NCBI GenBank assembly: GCA_951406725.2
Contig: OX597826.1
Location: 74,958,001-75,022,000, forward strand
Reading direction: 5' to 3'
From: Octopus vulgaris
Taxonomy: Eukaryota
Length of the DNA stretch: 64,000 nucleotides
Shown here in pieces: positions 55,328 to 64,000 of the stretch (its first letter is position 1; every line of letters begins with the position of its first letter). A program made the translations under genes and the position numbers. The notes under the pieces were generated by a model that was not told where the DNA came from, did not search any database, and worked only from the letters and a program-made list of their open reading frames with translations.

Positions 55328-58300
55328 AGCTGCTAATTTTTAACCAATATCAATGGACTTTAAGCTTTTTTTTATTCAACTTCCCAAAACTTCATTTAAA
55401 ATCACCAAACCTTGCACACATGTTCAACCATTTCTTGCATAAACGCTTGTGTCATGTTCATCCTGGCATCAGACATTCCTTCAGTTTTTCTTGACCCACA
55501 CTAAACCCCTATCCGGGAATATTCTTTGACTTCTTGTAACCTGCTCCAGAACTCTGTCACAGTATGTTTTACCCAGAAGAAAAAGAAAAAAAAGGGAACT
55601 AAGTGTACACGTTCAATAGAGTAAAAAATATAAAAGCTACAATGTTGAACATTTTTGAGAATGGACAAAAATCATTTCACCAACTCCTTGAAATTTTGGA
55701 GGAAGGACGGCAGATGAGTATGTTTGGATGAAAATCTTCACCTTTCCAGGGCGAACATTAACGGACATGGCTTGACGGTGCAGTATAAAAAACAGTTTGT
55801 AAAGTGAACTTCTCAGAGATATAACTTCAAAAATTGCAGGAAAAAATCCATTAATACATACCACTCATTCTACATTATTGGAAACACACATTAACAAGGA
55901 TAGTTTAGGTTCAAATTGACCGTAAGACATTCAATAAATAAATTTCCACCCTTCAGAAATCTTTAGTATTTAGACCCTAAATCTGCAGGACAATTTGACA
56001 AAAATTATCAACTTGTTCCCACATAATTTTGATACAATGCTCAAGATTTGCTATCGTTATTGTTGCTAGTGTTGTTTCATATAATTAATTGAAGATTTTA
56101 TTAATTTTGTAAGGTGTTGCTTTGTATTTTCATTTTTTTTAAATAATACAAAATCATAAATATCTTTGAGATATCTTGGTCTTTAGTCTTTAGTCTTATG
56201 CAATCGCTACCAGATTTTGATTGAGACCTTCTGTGATATAATCTTTATGTTGGCCATTTGTTTGGTGGATATACAGTTCAATACTTCCTATCTCACTACA
56301 GGCCAATTTGGCCAAGGTTTAGCGACTTCCTTGTCTCATCTCATGTGCTGAATCACTCCAAGTATATTCCGATGACTGCTGTTATTTTAACATCGGTAAA
56401 CAAGGAGGAAGATCCAGACACGTCTTGCCTGTTCTGGTTCTTTGGAGTATCCTCAACAAATGTAGCCAACTAAACTTTTTAAATGCAGATTGCAATTGTT
56501 GCTGTTGTTGTTGTTGCTTAGCTCCAAGTTGAAACTGATCAAACAGATGTATGATCAAAGGCATTCCAGCCATGACCATTCCAATTTGATTTCCTGTTTC
56601 GTGTAATTTTGATAACATTATTCAGTGTATCCTTTGAGGAAAATTAAGCTCTTATTTCTTCCAGACTGAACAACGCCCATCAAGGCTCCTCATATTGATT
56701 TCACTTTTTGGCACAAGGCCAGCAATTTTGGGTTTGGGACTAAGTCAGTTACATCACCTCCCCTCCCCACTGCTCAAATGGTACTTATTTTATTGACCCT
56801 CCACCCTAACAAAAAAAAAAAAAAAAAATAGGCAAAGGTGACCTCGGCAACAGTTGATCTCAGAACATAAAGACAGATGAAATGTCGCTAAGCATTTTTC
56901 CCAGTGTGCTAACGAATCTGCCAGCTCGCCGCCTTGTAACGATGTGATGTAACGATTCTACCAGCTTACTGCCTTTGAGGATCCTCATGTTAAAGTGTGT
57001 ATGTTTGTATATGTGTGTGTGTGTGTGTGTGTGCACGTGCATTAAACAAGCTAGTGTTACTGTGTGTCATTTTAAATTTCAAATATTTTCATAGCTCAAT
57101 GTTAAGGCTTCTGTTGCTAATTCTTAACCTACAACACCAGACCCACCTGAACGGTCACAGAGCGTCGTCTGCATTGAAGCAGACGTCGTTTATATAACAC
57201 TTCAAGAGTTTTATAAAGTATCAAAATAAAAGAACCAACATTTAATAGGTTTATGATTTATCAGCTTTATAAAACCCACAGAAATGTTTTGCAGCTCTCT
57301 CTCTCCCTATTTTGCTGCATTCAACAGCTTTTATCCTACATTACTAACAATAACTTTATAAGTCCCTGTAGACAGGGTGTTATCCTTTTGATCTGACCTC
57401 AGTATATAACTGCTATTTAGGGTTTTCAACCATGTAATGATGGAGGGTAATGCCAAACTTCAGCAAGTTAAACGACAACAGCAACAACAACAACAAGAGC
57501 AACGTAACAAAAGGAACAACAGCAACAACCACAAAAACAATATCATTAAGAATTTACAAGACAGGCCCATAGTCATACATTAGGAGAGAAAGAAGAGGTG
57601 GGGATCAGTAATGGATTAAATCGATCAGCATATTACTGGTACTATTTTATCAATCCTGGGCAGATAAAAGGCAAAATTGCTCCTCCTGGGGTTTAACTCA
57701 GGACGTATAACACTGACACTGTCGGTTAGAACAGACAGGTGCTCCAGTTGGTCCAATCAATGGAACAGCCAGCTCATGAGAGTTTTACTATATGCACAGG
57801 GTCTGGAATTTTCAGAGAGGGACAGGGTCTAGTTGATTTATTGACCCCCAAAAGGATGAAAGGCAAAGTCGACTTAGATGGAATTTGAACTCAGAATGTA
57901 AGGACAAGTGAAATACCTATTTCTTTACTACCCACAAGGGGCTAAACGCAGAGGGGACAAACAAGGACAGACAAACGGATTAAGTCGATTACATCACACC
58001 CCAGTGCGTAACTGGTACTTAATTTATTGACCCTGAAAGGATGAAAGGCAAAGTTGACCTCGGCGGAATTTGAACTCAGAATGTAAGGACAGGCAAAATA
58101 CTGCTAAGCATTTTGTCCAGCGTGCTATCGATTCTGCCATCTTGCCACCTTCAGCCAGCTCATGAAATTAACGTGCAAGTGGCTGAGTACTCCACAGACA
58201 CGGGTACCCTCAAAGTAGTTCTCTGGGATATTCAGCTTGACACAGAATGTGACAAGGCTGGCCCCTTATGAATTACAGGTACAACTCACTTTTGCCATCT

Positions 58301-59381
58301 GAGCGAACCAAAGTAACATGAAATAAAGTGCCTTGCTCAAGGACATAATGTGCCACCAGGTATTGAACTCGTGACCTTACAATCTTGAGCGGAATGCTTT
58401 AACCACTTGGCTACATGCCTTCACTTCACTTTCACCTAATACTCTGGAGAATTTAATCCATTTGTCTGCCAATTCTGCCACTCACTGCTGAAACAACAAT
58501 GTCAACAACAACAACAACAAGGGGTTTCTTTTGTTGCTGCCGACAGTAATGAGTAAAGGATATCACAAACATGGTAGGCAGGAGGAGCTACAAGAGCAGG
58601 CTGAAGAATAACGAAGAGGAGTGAGGAATTGGCTGTTATGCATTCTTGTTTTACATTGCCATTGGTAAACGATACCATCATTGGTTTCAGATAGTGCGAA
58701 TGATAAGGGAGTGTGTGTAACCCAGTGCAGAACAATCATAACAAAGGACGTTATTTAAAATGCATTGGCTTCTTCAGCTTTCTCAGGGACTCCTACATCC
58801 TTTGCAGATATACTTCATCATATATGTGTATGTAGAAGTATAAGAACACAATGTTCTTTGGTCATAAGTGGTCAGCTATCATATATAAGTACATACAAAC
58901 ATACATACATACATACATATATATAAATATATACATACATATAATATATATATAGGTGGGTAAATTTAGGCACCCACACATACACACTCACACACATATA
59001 TATATATACATACATACATATAGATATAGATATATGTATACATATACATATGCATACACACATATATGCACACAACAGGTTTCCACACAGTTTCCCCTCT
59101 ACCAAATTCCTCAATTCCTCTCACAAGGGTTTTTATTTTTTTTGGTCAACTGAAAGGGCGATAGCCATGAGAGAGACGACACTTGCCCAGGGTGCCATGG
59201 GGGGGGTGGTTTTTAACCAGAAAATGTATGGCTACGAAGTAAAAAAAAAAAAAAATTCTTAACCACACTGCCATGCCTGTGCCCCCAGTTTTGTGGTAAA
59301 TACTGGGAAAGCAGCTGAGGTAGGTGCAGGCGAGGGGATACGAAGTAACAATGAAGTCTCATCATCATCATCATGGTCAAT

Positions 59382-59469
<88 letters not shown>

Positions 59470-59480
59470 TAGTTGTAGTT

Positions 59481-59545
<65 letters not shown>

Positions 59546-59579
59546 TGTAGTAGTAGTAGTAGTAGTAGTGGTAGTAGTT

Positions 59580-59637
<58 letters not shown>

Positions 59638-59675
59638 TAGTTGTAGTAGTAGTAGTAGTAATAGTAGTAGTAGTT

Positions 59676-59722
<47 letters not shown>
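59382..59722. repeat. (TAG)n microsatellite, about 113 units
   Basis: Direct observation, about 380 nt downstream of the TRIM stop codon. Confidence 0.95.
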
Positions 59723-59794
59723 CATTTTTTACATCGGAATTGTATAATTTTGTGAGTTTCTGTTGCGCAGAACAGAAATAAAAGTAATAAAAAA

Positions 59795-59825
<31 letters not shown>

Positions 59826-59863
59826 GTTAATTAATTAATAATAATAATTATAACAATAGTAGT

Positions 59864-59901
<38 letters not shown>

Positions 59902-60104
59902 TAACAATACAGTCAAGTTGACACATGCAGATCTAGATTTGAAAAGGGGGTTCGCCAAGTTGGTACGGTAACAACAATGCAGGTGATGGAGTGTACGGAT
60001 GGCCGAAGGAAGCGGTGGGTTGACAGTGTCATCACAAGATGTATTGAGTATCATCATTTTCTGTGCAGCTGTCTGCTGCTGCTGCACTACGATGCGCACC
60101 AACA

Positions 60105-60257
60105 TCATTGTAAATATTTATAGATCTTAAAACAATGGTTTCCTGAATCTGCCACGGCACAGAATCCATCACTTGTCACGGTAAGTCCCTGTGGTCCGTA
60201 CAGTGGATCGGCTGACGTGTTGACATAGGACAGGAAGGAGCCTTCACTGTCAAATAC
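60105..60257 (-). CDS. TRIM2/TRIM3: Last coding exon of a TRIM2/TRIM3-type TRIM-NHL protein (final NHL repeat)
   Basis: Manual translation after acceptor ttcttgttgcag: [50 protein letters not shown]. This closely matches the C-terminus of vertebrate TRIM2/TRIM3 as I recall it ([50 protein letters not shown]). Phase 0, 153 nt, ends in TGA. No upstream exons were found in the window. Confidence 0.95.
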   Translation of the reverse strand, partial: VFDSEGSFLSYVNTSADPLYGPQGLTVTSDGFCAVADSGNHCFKIYKYLQ

Positions 60258-60551
60258 CTGCAACAAGAAAATATTGACATTTCAAAAGCCATCATTTCTA
60301 TCAAACATGGTGAAATAGGAAACAAAATGTATAAAACAAGAACTCAGGGAAATGGATAGGAAATTCAAACAACTGGAACTAAAACCCACAGACTTACATC
60401 AACAATTCTTATTTATTACTCTGCTTCAATTTAAATTTCACTGTAGCATAAAACTAGTTGTTGTTGTTGTTGGTTAGTTCAGGGTTAGCGTTCATTTTGA
60501 GCACAATATAATCAGACATAGGCACAATAAAGCTAAACGATGGTGCAATAT

Positions 60552-60897
60552 ACAGTTCTATGTTTAAGAGATGAGGAATTATGTACATTATTTACATTAT
60601 TTACATTATTTACATTCGACAGATATTTGTCCTCATCTTGTTTGTTGTTAAGGAAGGTGAGGAAAATATTAGATTTATAAGCCCTAAAATTCACTCCATA
60701 ATTACCCACAGGCATATGGTGTAGTGGTTAATTCCAATTAATAATAATAGCAACAGCAACAACAACATTGAAAAATACCCAGGTTCGAAATTTCTCCAAG
60801 ACACCTGATGAAGGCTGGAGAGTATATCAGCTGAAACGTTGTGTTAACAACAAACAAGATGAGGACAAATATCCGTCAAATGTAAATAATGTAAATG
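60552..60897. mobile_element. Penelope-like inverted-arm element (family 2) in TRIM last intron
   Basis: Inverted arms 60595-60651 and 60843-60897 plus a hammerhead at 60801. Confidence 0.6.
60801..60844 (+). ncRNA. Minimal Penelope-type hammerhead motif in the last intron of the TRIM gene (antisense)
   Basis: ACAC-CTGATGA-A-GGCTG-(10 nt)-CAGCT-GAAA-CG-TT-GTGT. Confidence 0.65.
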
Positions 60898-62369
60898 GTG
60901 CAATATATTCAGAAATTGATACAGTATTATAAAAGACTACTAAATGGTCCAGTCCTTCATGTTGAGTGATGGCTTATATGTCTCAATAATCACGAGTGCT
61001 TTGCTGATGGAACATAAGCTACTGGTATGGCTTACCATGTTGGACAAGGATAGAGGCCAGACTAATATGGACCAACTCTTCCCAGAGGTGAAAATGGGTT
61101 TGCAACTTTCCTACCAAGAAATTCAAAATCAACATGACCTTAGGGCAGAAGGCCTTCCCACAGAGATAAAGGAAGGACAGAACAGGTTGAAAAGCAGGGA
61201 TCTAATTGAAGAGAAGCAGAAAATACAGCTCAAAGTCAAGAACAGTGAAGAAAAGTTATAGCTTATGCTTAAGAGGGAGCAAATGTCTTAAGTAAGTATA
61301 ATGCAAGTGAAGTTAATATATTAAGCTGTGCAGAAAAGGAAGATGCTACTAAGGTTTTGAAGATAAACTCTTATTCAAGAGAGAGAAGAGAGAAATTAAG
61401 AATTATGTTCTGTTATCTATTACGATCAAAGAGAAGTTTGTGGCTTTTAGTAGGGATGGACTGCCAGCAAATTGTGGGTTATGTTAAAAAAAGATTGAGG
61501 GAGAGGAATAATCAGCTTCTGGTAGGTTTTAGAAATCATGTATATGTAAGTAAATATAAGTGCCTAATTGTTTGTATATGTAGGCATTTGTATATGTCAG
61601 GGCTGAAAGGAAAAAGAGGGAGTCAAAGGGAAAATAATCAACTGTTTGTCCTGTTGGGAGAGAACTCTCAAAGGAAAATCAAAAGTTCTGTGGTTGTCAC
61701 ATTGCACTTCATGCAAAAGTTCATTGAATTAACCTGCCAACCTGTGGCCCATCTCACATATGTAGAAGGTAGTGGGAAGTTGGTATTTTAAGAAATGAAT
61801 TACATTACTGGAGGTACAAAAAATGATGAGGATGAAATGTGGAAATTTAGAAATGTATAAGATGATGCCATAGGTTTCAAAGATGGTGGAATTGAATTCT
61901 AAAGCAGAGTGGAAAGGCTTAACAAAGAAATGAATATGTGAGCTGATCATGAGTCAGAGAGATAAAACTTATACAGTCTTTTCTAGAACACATGCACAGC
62001 CAGTTGACAATATGGACCTCAAGCTGACCAACAAATAAAGTGAAATAGTTTGGGTCCATGCTAGTACCTATAGACATTCCAGTGACTTGCTAAGAAAAGA
62101 GAATGAGAGCAAGTGTAAGGGGGCAAGAAACATTGGGAGTCTGAGTGTGGTATAACAGTCTGGGAAGCATTTAAGGCTAACTGGCCATTGTTATAGGAGA
62201 TAGCAGTATAGAGGGGCTTAACTATCATGGTAACAATGTAGATGAGAGAAGCAAAAGAGGGGAAGGAGTTGAAGAGACGAAGAGTAAGGATGGCCATTAT
62301 TCATGATGGGATGGTTGATTCGCAGAGTGACAAAGTATTTAGAGATGAATCATCATCATCATCATCATC

Positions 62370-62431
<62 letters not shown>

Positions 62432-62819
62432 ATTCTCACCATCATTTAATGTCCACTTTCATCATCATTTAATGTCCACTTTTCCATGCAACACCCCAAC
62501 ACACACATTTGCACGCCAACAGGCTTCTTTCCATTTCCATCAACCAAATCCACACACAAGGCTTTGGTCAGCCCCAGGCCAAAGGAGAAGACACCTGTCC
62601 AATCTTGCCACGCAGTGAAACTGAACCCAAAACCATGCAGATGGGCAGCAAACTTGTTACCACACAGCTATTCTTGTGCCCATTTAGAGACGAACCTGGT
62701 CAGGTGATCACAAGCAAAGACCATGGAGCAAGCCAGAGATCTTGGGCTTATGGATTTGTGGGAAGAAGTGGACAGCAGAGGTTCCTGATGTGTGAACAAC
62801 AAGGCTGATGGCTGTGGGA

Positions 62820-63215
62820 GGAAGGAGAGAGGAGGAGATGAGAGGAGGAGATGAGGAGAGAAGATGAGAGGAGGAGATGAGGAGAGGAGATGAGAGGAGG
62901 AGATGAAGAGAGGAGATGAGAGGAGGAGATGAGAGGAGGAGATGAGAAGAGGAGATGAGGAGGAGGAGATGAGATGAGGAGATGAGGAGATGAGGAGAGG
63001 AGAGATGAGAGGAGGAGATGAGGAGAGGTGATGAGAGGAGGAGATGAGAGGAGGAGATGAGGAGAGGAGATGAGAGGAGGAGATGAGAAGAGGAGATGAG
63101 AGGAGGAGATGAGGAGAGGAGATGAGAGGAGGAGATGAGAGGAGGAGATGAGAGGAGGAGATGAGAGAGGAGATGAGAGGAGGAGATGAGGAGAAGAGAT
63201 GAGAGGAGGAGATGA
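62820..63215. repeat. Purine-rich (GAGAGGAGGAGAT)-type minisatellite
   Basis: About 13-bp units with variants. Confidence 0.9.
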
Positions 63216-64000
63216 GTTGGTAACAAGTTGTTGGTTGTAGCAGATATGGTTACTATACGAGATGTTAGAAAAGGATGAAGCTGATTGCTAAACTGTTTCA
63301 GCAATCAATCTGGTACAACTCTGATAGAACTGGATTAATCGCTCTGTGAAAGAAACTGGTTCTAAGATTAGTGTGACACCAGAAATATTTAATATTTGAT
63401 ATAAGGCAGCAAGCTGGCAGAAGCGTTGGCACGCTGGGAGAAATGCTTAGCGGTATTTTGTTTGCATTCTGAGTTCAAATTCTGCCAAGGTCGACTTTGC
63501 CTTTCATCCTTTTGGGGTCAATAAATTAAGTACCAGTTACGCACTGGGGTCGATGTAATCAACTTAACCTCTTTGTCTGTCCTTGTTTGTCCCCTCTATG
63601 TTTATTTCTTTGTGGGCAATAAAGAAATAAGAAATATTTAATATTTCTCTCAGTTTGAAATTATTCACAGATAGGGCGAGAGCTACAATGCACAGACTTC
63701 TTAGCGTGAGAAGTGGGTAAGTTTGGGACAAGAGTTATTACTGTATGTGAGAATGCTATGGGTGTACGGGGAACAGGAATTGGTTAACAAGCTGGTGAAG
63801 CTTTGCAGGCTGTTGTGCTGAAGTGGCAGTCAAATAATTGTCAGTTAAGATGGCAGACATAAAGAAATATGGAATGGATAAATGAGGTGATTGGAAACTG
63901 AAGAGTTGATACAATGGGACTAGTTAATATCCTGAAATCAGTTGAGATCCTGCAATGGACCAACATCCCCTCCAGTGGGGGAATATACACACCTCTGAAT

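Noticed and set aside
59848-60108. ORF overlapping the TRIM stop codon / stop readthrough
   Set aside because: Different frame, ends in microsatellite; in-frame readthrough would hit TAG after five codons.
60944-61791. Plus-strand ORFs of 105 and 144 aa
   Set aside because: No recognisable domain; antisense in an intron, probably decayed retroelement sequence.

Overview
Eukaryotic, AT-rich, repeat-saturated DNA. The SINE families and microsatellite load resemble an octopus (coleoid cephalopod) genome; this is recognition, not a search result. Nearly all ORFs in the supplied track are microsatellite or SINE artefacts. Two real host genes are visible only as short minus-strand exons. One is the last coding exon of a TRIM2/TRIM3-type TRIM-NHL gene (60105-60257). 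The other, about 50 kb downstream, is the first two coding exons of a second gene (10361-10387, 10153-10213), tentatively MOSPD2-like. The rest is tRNA-derived SINEs, LINE fragments (R4/Dong, RTE, CR1), a decayed Gypsy element, a mariner remnant, hAT/piggyBac/Tc1 MITEs and a non-autonomous Helitron. The most notable signal is a set of type I hammerhead ribozyme motifs from at least four distinct sequence families. They are carried by non-coding Penelope-like elements, often arranged as inverted pairs. Two families have an intact catalytic core, a palindromic stem III and an unusually long (about 60-85 nt) stem II.
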